DNA of 64,000 bases. Source: a virus. Lineage: Duplodnaviria > Caudoviricetes. Location of the stretch: positions 1-64,000 of IMG/VR virus record IMGVR_UViG_3300031992_000076, one strand, 5' to 3'. Every line of letters starts with the position of its first letter. Position 1 is the stretch's first letter. The notes beneath the pieces were generated by a model that worked only from the letters and a program-made list of their open reading frames with translations, was not told the origin of the DNA and did not search any database. A program made the translations under genes and the position numbers. Of the stretch, positions 48,435-58,500 are shown one piece after another.

Positions 48435-49676
48435 CTACATTTGCTCTGCTATTCTAGCAATTTGACTTCTATATATATTAACTAGGGTTGTTTCTCCATA
48501 AAAATCTTGACCACGAAATACTTGAGATACTCTACGCAAGCCATTATTAGATCCATTATATTCTGACATATCTACTTGACTTTCAGTATCTCCATCAAGA
48601 ATTACAACACTATCTTCTCCAGTTCTTTGAAGCATAAGTTTCATCATATCAATAGTGGTATTTTGACTTTCAGTTACGTATACTCCAGCTCTCATACCGT
48701 TTAAATCTAATCCTCGGATATCTGAACAAGGTAAAATCATTAAAGTACCTTCATCTGTCATTTTTTCTACTTCGGTGATACTACCAAATTTTGTAATTAA
48801 AAAATTACCAATTTGACTATCTAAAAGTTTCTCTAATCTAGAGCCCGGATAATATCCTAATTTAGCAGCACCGCGCACTGCAACTGTATTTGCTAAAATG
48901 ACAATTCTATCAATTTTTCCTTTATCCAATAAACTCATTAAATAGCTCATAGCTAGATACGATTTTCCACTTCCCGCTGGACCCCGAAGTACAATTATTT
49001 GATTTGAAACTAATGAATCAATAGCAATAGTTTGATATATATCATTATTGTAAGGTTTTAACTTACCAAACATCATACTTTCTATATTATGATATCCTAC
49101 TTTTTGATAATGATCTTCTACCCATTTATATTTGTCAGTAATTTCATTATTGAATTCAATTAACAAATATTGATTTGTTAAAAGATTATATTTATTTTCA
49201 TTTTCAGGCATTACATGCTCGTAAAAATTAGCCAATTCTCTCTCGGACATAGAAATTGTTTTATAACCAGTATATTTATCATTTTCTTGTCTAACATATT
49301 CAGTTTTTAATCCAACACATTCAGCTATTTTTTTACAAGCTAAATCTTCAGTAACGAAAATTCCTGTATGTTCACAGTTTCTTTTGATAAAAGCTTCTCT
49401 AGCGCACAAAATAATTTTGCTATCATCAGATAATGGAAGATTTAATACTTTTAATTCATCATCTAAATATGTTTTATATATTTCAATTTCATATTTATCT
49501 TCGTTATCTGCAAGAAGATTTAAAACTTGTCTTGCTGCCCACTTAGTTTCTTCATCTTTTGTTCTAGATGTTTTTATTGATTCTAATTCATTTAATGAGA
49601 TACTTGAAATTATAAAGGGCTCTTTTAAAATTTCATTTTGAAGAATAAGTAGACTATTTGTATCATAAAACTTCAT
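48435..49676 (-). CDS. phoH: PIN-PhoH protein
   Basis: FYDTNSLL…DDSKII PIN-like N-terminus; GPAGSGKS, GYYPG, IRGL, TESQN, GDTESQVD. Confidence 0.9.
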   Translation of the reverse strand: MKFYDTNSLLILQNEILKEPFIISSISLNELESIKTSRTKDEETKWAARQVLNLLADNEDKYEIEIYKTYLDDELKVLNLPLSDDSKIILCAREAFIKRNCEHTGIFVTEDLACKKIAECVGLKTEYVRQENDKYTGYKTISMSERELANFYEHVMPENENKYNLLTNQYLLIEFNNEITDKYKWVEDHYQKVGYHNIESMMFGKLKPYNNDIYQTIAIDSLVSNQIIVLRGPAGSGKSYLAMSYLMSLLDKGKIDRIVILANTVAVRGAAKLGYYPGSRLEKLLDSQIGNFLITKFGSITEVEKMTDEGTLMILPCSDIRGLDLNGMRAGVYVTESQNTTIDMMKLMLQRTGEDSVVILDGDTESQVDMSEYNGSNNGLRRVSQVFRGQDFYGETTLVNIYRSQIARIAEQM

Positions 49677-49738
49677 GTGAATAATCAATCCACCTTTCTT
49701 AGAATATGTTTCTATTTATATATGAAAAAAGGATAATA

Positions 49739-50176
49739 TTACTTATCCTCTTTTGACATATTTTTTTTATTGCGGATTGAATTAAGTAAAAACTCTCGTC
49801 TTCCAATAAAATTGTCAGATTCTTGTAATAATGCATTGATTTCGTCAGTTAAATCATTTACTTTTTTAATTCTTCGATTTAATTGTCGATATATTGCTTT
49901 AGCGGTGGGTGAATCTTTGTCAAAATTTTTATATCCTCCACAAGCTTTAACAAAATCAATTGCTTCATCTGATTTCTGTTTAGCAAGCTTTCTTTCATAT
50001 TTAAGAGCATTTATAGTTGCGCGGAGTTCAGCCAAGGTGCATCCAGTAAGTTCAGATTCTTTATCTAAATCATCTGGATGTAAACGCGCACAACCAATAA
50101 AAGTTTTTCCTAAATGCTCCATATATACTAAAGATTTGCCTGTTTCTTTATTGTATTTATAACCTATAAAGTTCAC
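49739..50176 (-). CDS. Hypothetical protein, 145 aa
   Basis: 'FIG.A..HPDD…G..LAE.RA.I' family in large Firmicute phages. Confidence 0.7.
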   Translation of the reverse strand: MNFIGYKYNKETGKSLVYMEHLGKTFIGCARLHPDDLDKESELTGCTLAELRATINALKYERKLAKQKSDEAIDFVKACGGYKNFDKDSPTAKAIYRQLNRRIKKVNDLTDEINALLQESDNFIGRREFLLNSIRNKKNMSKEDK

Positions 50177-50733
50177 TTTTTCTTCTCCTCATATTTTTCT
50201 ATATCTTTAATAATATCATCCAAAAGAATTGGAGTATTATTATGTGCATCTAGTTCAACGTGATAAATAACTCCTTTGTCCATATCTTTAAACCTGTCTT
50301 GAGTATGACAATGACCACAGATATTAATCACCTTTCTACGGAGCGGTTTATCGTCATCGAAGTTAGAGCAAAGAGTTGGATAATGTGAGAGATAAAATGT
50401 ATATCCTCCATATTTTAAAATTTGAGCTAATCCATAAAAAAGAATATTGGGTCTAATATTAACGTATTCTTGGATTCGATTATCCGTATCATGATTTCCA
50501 CGTATAATATTTATTTTTCCAGCTAATTGATTCATACAATGAATTCCATGTACATTATCATTAAGCATTAAATCACCAAGAAGCCAAACTTCATCATCCC
50601 AATTTACAACAGAATTCCAATTTTCAATTATTGCTTTATCATGCTCTTCGATTGAATTAAAGCCACGAGGACCCCAGAGAAATTCTTTATTATGCCCGAA
50701 ATGGAGATCTGAGGTTAGAAAAATCCTTCTCAT
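50173..50733 (-). CDS. Calcineurin-like metallophosphoesterase
   Basis: TSDLHFGH, LLGD, RGNHD, SHYP, GHCH. Confidence 0.9.
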   Translation of the reverse strand: MRRIFLTSDLHFGHNKEFLWGPRGFNSIEEHDKAIIENWNSVVNWDDEVWLLGDLMLNDNVHGIHCMNQLAGKINIIRGNHDTDNRIQEYVNIRPNILFYGLAQILKYGGYTFYLSHYPTLCSNFDDDKPLRRKVINICGHCHTQDRFKDMDKGVIYHVELDAHNNTPILLDDIIKDIEKYEEKKK

Positions 50734-51250
50734 TATTATCACTTCCTTTTTCTTTTACTATATATTTTCCATTTTCATAAATATAAACTTTATTAAAACC
50801 TTCCTCTAAAGTGGGAGGCGTTAAAGTAAGATACATATTTTTAATAGAATCTTCAGGCACTAATGCTCTTCCCGCTCTATGAGAATTTCTTTCAAGAGCG
50901 GTTTCAAGATTTACTTTTATAAATAAAGCATCTATTTCAATATCTTTTAATGAAGTACCAAGTGCATTTAAAAGTTTTCTTCTTGAATTTTCATTTAAAT
51001 GAGTAGCATCAGCAATAGTTACTTCATTTTCAATCAAACCTTTTTTAATTTCTTCAATAAAAATATTAAACACCTGTTTTTCTTTAGAAAAGTATCCCTC
51101 TCCTTCTTTCAAAAGAGAAAAACGAATTTTATCTCTAGATACAACTTTTGTAGTTTTAGATATTGAATCTTTATGAGTTTTTACCCATGTGCTCTTTCCA
51201 CAAGCCGGGATTCCACAAAGAATAATTAATTTATGCTTTATTTCTTTCAT
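50690..51250 (-). CDS. P-loop polynucleotide-kinase-like protein (AAA_33), 186 aa
   Basis: CGIPACGKSTW, VSRD.IR, ADATH, RN..R…VP. Confidence 0.85.
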   Translation of the reverse strand: MKEIKHKLIILCGIPACGKSTWVKTHKDSISKTTKVVSRDKIRFSLLKEGEGYFSKEKQVFNIFIEEIKKGLIENEVTIADATHLNENSRRKLLNALGTSLKDIEIDALFIKVNLETALERNSHRAGRALVPEDSIKNMYLTLTPPTLEEGFNKVYIYENGKYIVKEKGSDNNEKDFSNLRSPFRA

Positions 51251-51524
51251 TGTTTATTTTACTCCTAAACTCACTTAATGTTAAAATCCTATTTCCATCT
51301 TCATCAAAATTATGATTATTAAATTCTAAAAGAAAATCTTCATAAGTATATCCAGACCATGGGCGGCATTCAGCATGATTTGTCTCCATTTTACAATTTA
51401 AACAATATAATTTTTTTAAATGTCCTGCTTCTCGTTCTGCACCTTTTTTCCTAGCTATAGGAATGCCCCTCCTGCTACACTTAACACAATAAAATTCATT
51501 ATCTACAATTAATTTACTTCCCAT
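51231..51524 (-). CDS. Zn-ribbon protein resembling ribosomal protein L33, 97 aa
   Basis: C..C…RK…H.KKLYC..C…TNH.E. Confidence 0.5.
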   Translation of the reverse strand: MGSKLIVDNEFYCVKCSRRGIPIARKKGAEREAGHLKKLYCLNCKMETNHAECRPWSGYTYEDFLLEFNNHNFDEDGNRILTLSEFRSKINNERNKA

Positions 51525-51598
51525 ACATTAAAAAATCATCTCCTTTTTATTTTTTCTTATAATAATATTATAACATATTTTTTATAAAAAATAAAGAG

Positions 51599-51832
51599 TT
51601 AATTATTTGTTTTAAAATATTGACAAAATGAATCAAACTCAAGTGCGGATTCTGGATAAATTACTACGGCGCCCTGACTCATATCAAGAGAAAGAACTCC
51701 AAGTAAAGATTTACCATCCACTGCAAATTTTCCTCTCTTTACGATAATATCTCCATCAATCTGGCTAGCTTTATCTACAAAAAGATAGAGATCTGATATA
51801 TTTTCAATTTTAATTTCTGTAAATTTAGTCAT
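51599..51832 (-). CDS. HPr-like protein, 77 aa
   Basis: 'VDGKSLLGVLSL' matches the HPr Ser46 region; no His at the His15 position. Confidence 0.7.
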   Translation of the reverse strand: MTKFTEIKIENISDLYLFVDKASQIDGDIIVKRGKFAVDGKSLLGVLSLDMSQGAVVIYPESALEFDSFCQYFKTNN

Positions 51833-51833
51833 A

Positions 51834-52085
51834 TTATTTCTCCTTTATTCCCAAATATTTAATTCGGTCAAGAACTTCGTCTTTTATTTTTTCATCTGAA
51901 TATAAATAATTATATAATTGAAATTCTTCTTTACTATTGGTTCTTTCTGACAATACTTTTCTAGCATAATCTAAATCTATATCAATAGTAAGAGTAATTA
52001 TATTTTTCTTTTTAGGAGAGGTGTAAGAATTATTTGAATTAATTAATTGAAACATTGTATTTATATTGTTAATTTTGTTCACCAT
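51834..52085 (-). CDS. Hypothetical protein, 83 aa
   Basis: ORF in the operon. Confidence 0.55.
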   Translation of the reverse strand: MVNKINNINTMFQLINSNNSYTSPKKKNIITLTIDIDLDYARKVLSERTNSKEEFQLYNYLYSDEKIKDEVLDRIKYLGIKEK

Positions 52086-52242
52086 CTTTTTTCTCCAATT
52101 TAATACAGATTTTATAAACTAAAAAATTCATAAAATTAATAACTATATCAAAATAAGCATAGACACAAAAATATAAAATTGTTCTTTCTTTTGTTGCCAA
52201 TGTGTTTGTTAAATAACAAAATATATAAGCAAGAATAAACAT
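52069..52242 (-). CDS. Small hydrophobic protein, 57 aa (MFILAYIFCYLTNTLATKER…), not in ORF track
   Basis: First ORF after the promoter at 52266; AAGGA RBS. Confidence 0.5.
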   Translation of the reverse strand: MFILAYIFCYLTNTLATKERTILYFCVYAYFDIVINFMNFLVYKICIKLEKKDGEQN

Positions 52243-52333
52243 AAATATTTTTCCTTTTATTATATATTATAACATAAATTTTTATAAATGTCAAGGCGGG
52301 AGTTGGCTCTAGACCGATTCCCGCCTAATTAGA

Positions 52334-53605
52334 TTACTGATGATATTTTACAAGGAAGGCAGGATCAACGCATTTAAAGCTATCCTTACCATCCACAGTT
52401 CTAAATACAATACCTTCTTTCATTTCGCCGTCAATAGCAGAACCCGCACTATGAACAAACTCACGAAGTTCATCTACAGTAGAAGGAAGTGTCATACCTT
52501 CTGATATAATAGGTACAACAGGGATACCTAAAGGTTCAAGAGCATCTCTCATTTCAAGAGTTCCAACCCTACCGCAATCGGAATAAAGTAAATTAAACGC
52601 CCTTATTTCCTGATCTTTCATTCCATAGTCTCGTTTTTGGACGTTTTGCCCAAAAGTTTCTGCCTGAACTGCGACCCATTCAGCGGAAGGTCTATTTTCA
52701 AGAAGTTTCTGAAGAGCTTCTTTAACATTATACTTTTCGCTCATTTTAATATATACATTTGAACCAATTGTATCAGAATAATAATTCCTTTCTGCTCTTG
52801 CAGGGGTATCAAAAATTACATTTCTGCTACATACAAGATATTCTCCCTTTTTAAGCCCTCTAGATCTGGACATATAGAAAGTAGTACTAGTTCCATCAAT
52901 TTTTTCTGTAGCTATCCAGATTTTTGAGCCATCTTCAAGTGTCCAGGTTCTATTCTCGATTCTCTCTTCATCTGTCTTCGGAACTCCTTCAATCCAGCTA
53001 CGAGAATCTTTTTTCTTACCCCAAAGGAAGATAAAAAACTGACGAAGGAATTTATTTTTCTTTATAACTCTACCATATTTTTTAGCAAAATAAGGATGTC
53101 TAGCTAAAACCGCATTAATTTTAGCATCGGGATTAGATTTAGCTTTTCTCTTGTTATCTTCGGCTACGGCATAAGTTACACCAAGTTTTTCAGTAAGAAA
53201 ATCGCCATTTTTATAATCTACATTCTCTTTAAAGAAAGAATCTTTTCCAAAATGAAGATAAAACTGACCATCTCCATCCTGATACTCAAATCCACCGAAG
53301 TCCTCAGCACTCATAAGCAGACCCTGAGAATAAAAGCCTGGGTTCTTTCCACCGAAGGTGTACTTCTGAGTCTTCACATTTCCGCGCTTTTTGATAAGAA
53401 ATGCAAACTCAGGCTTGTTTATATCTACATGAGAGTCGATCTCAAAGTAAATTGCAAGATTTCCAGGCTGGAAAGTACCTTTACGAACCATGATTTTCCA
53501 TCCCCCTACAACTGCAGCTTCGCAATTATCAGAACCAACAATAGGTTCAATAGCATCAATGCGAGTTACATAAGCGAGCTCTCTCTGATTTTCTTTGTTG
53601 AGCAT
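52334..53605 (-). CDS. ATP-dependent RNA ligase (Rnl2/DRB0094-like), 423 aa
   Basis: N-terminal 'ELAYV..ID.I.PI.GSD..E.A.VGGW…YFEIDS'; motif I TEKIDGTS; AETFG, FN, EGIVFR, SFK. Confidence 0.88.
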   Translation of the reverse strand: MLNKENQRELAYVTRIDAIEPIVGSDNCEAAVVGGWKIMVRKGTFQPGNLAIYFEIDSHVDINKPEFAFLIKKRGNVKTQKYTFGGKNPGFYSQGLLMSAEDFGGFEYQDGDGQFYLHFGKDSFFKENVDYKNGDFLTEKLGVTYAVAEDNKRKAKSNPDAKINAVLARHPYFAKKYGRVIKKNKFLRQFFIFLWGKKKDSRSWIEGVPKTDEERIENRTWTLEDGSKIWIATEKIDGTSTTFYMSRSRGLKKGEYLVCSRNVIFDTPARAERNYYSDTIGSNVYIKMSEKYNVKEALQKLLENRPSAEWVAVQAETFGQNVQKRDYGMKDQEIRAFNLLYSDCGRVGTLEMRDALEPLGIPVVPIISEGMTLPSTVDELREFVHSAGSAIDGEMKEGIVFRTVDGKDSFKCVDPAFLVKYHQ

Positions 53606-53607
53606 AA

Positions 53608-53769
53608 TTATCTACCTTCTTTCTTCATAAAATATTCGCAATCTTCATTTTCTTTATAAAACAAAGTATACGTATGAATGCCCTGTTTCTTTATAGCTCT
53701 TTTACATTCCTCTTTCTTAGGACAATTATCTGGATTTCCACAGAAACAATAATCATCATCAAACCACAT
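53608..53769 (-). CDS. Small Cys-rich protein, 53 aa (MWFDDDYCFCGNPDNCPKKEECKR…), not in ORF track
   Basis: GAGG RBS; fills the gap. Confidence 0.6.
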   Translation of the reverse strand: MWFDDDYCFCGNPDNCPKKEECKRAIKKQGIHTYTLFYKENEDCEYFMKKEGR

Positions 53770-53956
53770 AATTCATTACCTCACAAACTCTATCAACTAA
53801 TTCATCCTTTTCTTCTTCCGTTATTTTTTTCCATTTCCAACACCAATCAATCCTATTACAAATCCATTCTATACTTTTATCATGCCAGGGTTTATATTCT
53901 TCATAAGATTTTAATGCTTTATCAACTTGGTCATAATAGTCAATTCTTTTTGGCAT
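53759..53956 (-). CDS. Hypothetical protein, 65 aa
   Basis: Promoter-proximal ORF with RBS. Confidence 0.7.
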   Translation of the reverse strand: MPKRIDYYDQVDKALKSYEEYKPWHDKSIEWICNRIDWCWKWKKITEEEKDELVDRVCEVMNYVV

Positions 53957-54061
53957 TATTTTTTCCTTTCTTTATAATAATATTATATCATATTTTTTTA
54001 ATAATGTCAATAAGAAAGGCGGGAACCAGGTTAATTCCACTTTAACCCAGCTCCCGCAATT

Positions 54062-54337
54062 TTATTTTGCAACAGGAATAATTGAATTTTCATCAGATGT
54101 AGGTACAATATCTTCACCAATCTGAACGCCATTTTCATCAAGTTCTTTAATCTTAATTACAGTATTCTTCTTAAGATTTCCGCAGCTCTTTGTAAATAAG
54201 TTTAGAGCATTTTTAGCATCAAACTCAACTCTGCCAGTAGGATTCGTTAAAGTTAGAACTGTAGTTCTCATAATCGGGGTCCCGCCATATTTCTTTTCTT
54301 TTGTTGGATACCACTCAATAGCATAAAATCTTTTCAT
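54062..54337 (-). CDS. Hypothetical protein, 91 aa
   Basis: RBS; coupled to the phosphatase gene. Confidence 0.7.
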   Translation of the reverse strand: MKRFYAIEWYPTKEKKYGGTPIMRTTVLTLTNPTGRVEFDAKNALNLFTKSCGNLKKNTVIKIKELDENGVQIGEDIVPTSDENSIIPVAK

Positions 54338-55146
54338 TAGTTATTATCTCCTTTATCTTCATCAAAATAAATAATTTTAAAAGTATCTAAATCAATAAGT
54401 GCTATTCTATTACTTATAATAGTGCAGAGGTCTATGTCAAATTTATGACCATCACAATATTTTATTATTTCTGGCTTTTTATCTTCTTTTGCTTCAGTAA
54501 GCCATTTTCTTTTTTGTATAATTTCCTCTTCTGTGAAGGTGGGCTGATTTTTATATCCATACAAATACTTAAGATATTGAACAGGAGTATGTCCATGAAT
54601 AAGATAGGTATTATCTGGATTAAAGTCTTCTTTTTCATACCCATCATTCCAATCATCATAGAAGTGATCTCTATCCCAAACTGGGTTATGTTGTCTATGA
54701 GGAGTGATAAAAGGGCTATATCCAGCATGCTCAAGAATTACTTTATGTCCTAAAGGAGATTCATAAATTAATTCAGTAGGCATTTTAAGAATAGCTTCTC
54801 TAATGGCATAAATATCTTGCACATTCATATCCTGAAGTGTCTTTGCAGTTACCTCTCCACCATTACCGTACCATAAATTATACCCATTTCCGCCATAATA
54901 GCTAATATCTTCAATCTCTCTTGCTACATAAGGAATAGCATCAGCCATCATTTCTTCATGATTACCTTTAATGAATTTTACTCTATGGTCATTAATAAGA
55001 GTCTGGAATATTTTAATTCCATCTGGACCTCTATCTATAGCATCACCAAGAAAATAAAGAGTATCATCTGGTTCTATGAAATTTAATACTTTTTCAGCCA
55101 ATGTCCAATTTCCATGAAAATCAGCACAGGCATATGTTTTTTTCAT
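54337..55146 (-). CDS. PPP-family (lambda phosphatase-like) metallophosphoesterase, 269 aa
   Basis: ADFHG, LGDAIDRGPD, KGNHE, EHAG, HGHTP, DLC. Confidence 0.9.
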   Translation of the reverse strand: MKKTYACADFHGNWTLAEKVLNFIEPDDTLYFLGDAIDRGPDGIKIFQTLINDHRVKFIKGNHEEMMADAIPYVAREIEDISYYGGNGYNLWYGNGGEVTAKTLQDMNVQDIYAIREAILKMPTELIYESPLGHKVILEHAGYSPFITPHRQHNPVWDRDHFYDDWNDGYEKEDFNPDNTYLIHGHTPVQYLKYLYGYKNQPTFTEEEIIQKRKWLTEAKEDKKPEIIKYCDGHKFDIDLCTIISNRIALIDLDTFKIIYFDEDKGDNN

Positions 55147-55152
55147 AGTATA

Positions 55153-55419
55153 TCACCTTCTTTTTAATTCTTCAAAATTAATTATCTCATATTCATATTT
55201 TTCAGGTAAAGATTCAATTTCCCAATTTTGTGCAGAATTTATAACCATTCCCACAATACTTGGGTCTGTAAAAGCTAGTTCCATTGCGTGAGGAAGAGCA
55301 AAATTATTATAAAAAGCGTTGGCGAAATTACAAGCTTTCGCATCACTATTGAAAACTATTACTGTTCCTTCTTTTGTAGTAAAATATTTATTTAAGTTGG
55401 GCTGAAAAATAATAAACAT
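55153..55419 (-). CDS. Hypothetical protein, 88 aa
   Basis: Promoter-proximal ORF with AAGGAG RBS. Confidence 0.7.
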   Translation of the reverse strand: MFIIFQPNLNKYFTTKEGTVIVFNSDAKACNFANAFYNNFALPHAMELAFTDPSIVGMVINSAQNWEIESLPEKYEYEIINFEELKRR

Positions 55420-55521
55420 GATATAACTCCTTTACTTTTATAATAATATTATAACATAAATTTTTAAAAAATGCAAATAAAAAAATGGGAGGCTTAATAA
55501 AAGCCTCCCAAAATTCTAGTT

Positions 55522-58500
55522 CTACTTTTTATCTTTTTCTTCTTTTTTTATATAATGATGAATACCATACCCTCCAGCAAGGATTAAAATGATAATTAAT
55601 AATATCCACCACAATGAAAGAGTTTCATTATTTTCTTTAATTCCATCTGATAAAGCAATTGTTTGCTGTGCAATATCTGTAAGACTAGGTCTTTTATCAT
55701 CTGGATTTTCTTCAGACTGCTGATTGTTATTATCAATTTCATTATCATCAACATTTGTATTTAAGTTATCTCGTTCTGCTCCATTATTTTCTTGCACAGT
55801 AGGATTATTATTACCTGTTATTGTAAGAGGAGCATCGGCTAAAGGAAGAATTGTAGCAGGAATATCATCTCCAGATGTTTCAATTTCTACTGTATTAATT
55901 TCTTTAATTTTTTCATCAAGAGTTTTCTTAATATCAGCTAATTTCTTATTTAATTCATCTTTTTTATTTTTAGTAATTTCAAAATCTTTTAATGCTTGTT
56001 TTAATTGATTTTCTAAATCACCAAAATCAGTAATATCTTTATCAATAGATGAATTTGCTTTCATCTTACTAATAGCAATCTGTAAATCTTTTACATTCTG
56101 TTTTGCTTTAATAAAATCTTCGTTAGCTGCTTTTGCTTTATCTGCGATATCTTGATACTTTTGAGCGAGATCTGAAGCGAATTCTACTGCGTCCCTAAAG
56201 TTACGAGTAGCCTGGGTTTCCGCATTATCAGAAATCATACTATCTTTATTATAAGGCTGTTTTCCATCAGTCTTATAATCCATACCTTCCGCTTTATCTT
56301 GAGTTAAAAGAATAATATTACCAGTATACCAATTATCATTTCTATACTCTTTTACAAGATTTACTTTATCAGTATTATAGATAGTCTGTGCTACTATTTT
56401 ATCTTTTTCAATTAATACATTCTTAACTAAATAATTTAAAGTTTTAAAACTATAGGCTGTTGTAGCATTAACTGATGTTTTAACATTATATAATTTCGCA
56501 TTAGGATTAATTTTTTCAGTAGCTTTGATAGAAAATTCATTTTTTGCAGTCTCCTCATCATCTGCAATAACATCAATAGAAAGAGATTTGGCATCAATTA
56601 TATACACACTTGCAGAACCAATATTCCAATCAGTTGGATCAATACCTACATAAATTTTACCTTCTTTAGCAAATTTTTCTGTAAGAGATTTCTCAAGCTT
56701 CTCTTTGTCATCACCACAACCGATAATAGCATCATGTAACCATGAGTAACTTGCAGAATTTGTTTTTGTTACTTTAGCATATTCTACAATTACTTTATTA
56801 TTTTCAGCATAATGAGCAATTTCATCATAGTCATGCTGTTCGCCAATACCTAATAAATATGTTCCATTTGAGAATACATATTTATCACTATATCTATTCA
56901 TTGTATCTGTATATTTTTCAGAAAATGTTCCAGATATTGAATAAGTTGTTTTAGAAGTAGATTCATATCCAGTTAAATCTGCGATATCACCTTTCTTAAA
57001 TTCTTTATTATTGATAATAATAAAATCATTATCTCCTAAAGCATCGATCTTTTTCTGAAGTTCCTGTTTATAAGCGGTTTGCGCTTGCTCTTCATCATCA
57101 TAAGAACTCGTTGCAGAAAGAGAAGCTCCAGTATAAGTAGTTGTTGAAACATCTCTTTGAACAGTTTTAATTAATTTACCATTTTCAAAGGCATAACTAA
57201 TTTTTTCTTCTCCAATAAAGTTCTTTTGAGTTGTAGTTGTAGTTTCTTCAGTAAAATATACTTTTTCCTGACCGCTTTCCGCAACTTTAAAATATTCATT
57301 ATTTTCCTTAATATATTTAATTCCATTCTTTTCTAAAGAATTAGTTGAATTAAGAGTATTAAGTTCTTCTGTAGTAAGTTCAACATTATCTAAAGCATTA
57401 TGCTCAGTTTTTTCAAAGATAACAATGCCAGGCCATTTAGCATCATTAGTGCGATTTCCATTAGCAATTTTATAGTTTAAATTCTTTTGAACTGTATTTC
57501 CTTCTTTATCAAGATATGTTACAGTACAATAATTTAATACATCACCTTGAGTACTCTTTGTACCATCTGCATAGGTATAATTACCTGAATATCTATGCCA
57601 TTCAATATTTACGAATTCTCCTTCAAGCATTTGAGGGACATAGTAAAATTCAACAATAGAATCAAAGAGCTCTGCATAAGAGCCTTTGCCTGTAAAATTA
57701 ACTGATTGATTATTATTTAATTTAGTGGCAATTGAATTCTCTAATGCCTGAACATAACCCATCCCAGAAGCAAGATAATCTTCTTTAGCTTTGCGGGCGG
57801 CGGTCTCGAGATCGGCAGTCTTAGATATAAGATCTTCTAATCTATCTTCCGCTTCATTAGCCTGGATTCCCGCAACATCTTTGTTTAATTCAAAATTATC
57901 TTGAGCATTTTCAAATTGAGATTTTAAAGAAGTATATGCACTTACCGCCTCATTATAAGCAGCCTTATCTTTATCAAATTTTTCTTTGATATTATTTAAT
58001 TCTTTTTCTGTTTCTTCTACTGTTTTATTCATATTGGAAACAGCAGCACTAGCATCAGAATAAATTTGATTTAATTCTACTTCATTAGAAATTTTTTCTA
58101 AAACACTTGAACTAGCATCGAGAATTTTTTCAGTGTCTTCCACTTTTTTATTAGCTTTATCAGTTAAATCTTTTGCTTGATTAACTAAATCGGTAGCATC
58201 CTCTACTTTTTCTTTTGTTATATCTGCCTGCAATTCAGCACTTTCCGCTTTATTTTCAGCAATTATAGCAAATCCTTCAGCATTTTTACTAACTCCATAT
58301 GCTTTACGAACATCTACCTCAGGGGCATCTATTTTTCTTTCAATATTATAATCCATTTCTGCTTCAAGTTCTTCTTTTGTTTCTTGAACAGATTCAGAAG
58401 GGACTGTTTGTGCCTGGTCAATAGCTTCTAATGCTTCTCCTTCTCCTTTTTTAATATTGATATATGCTTCGTCTGTTTTTTCTTCCATTTTACTATTAAC

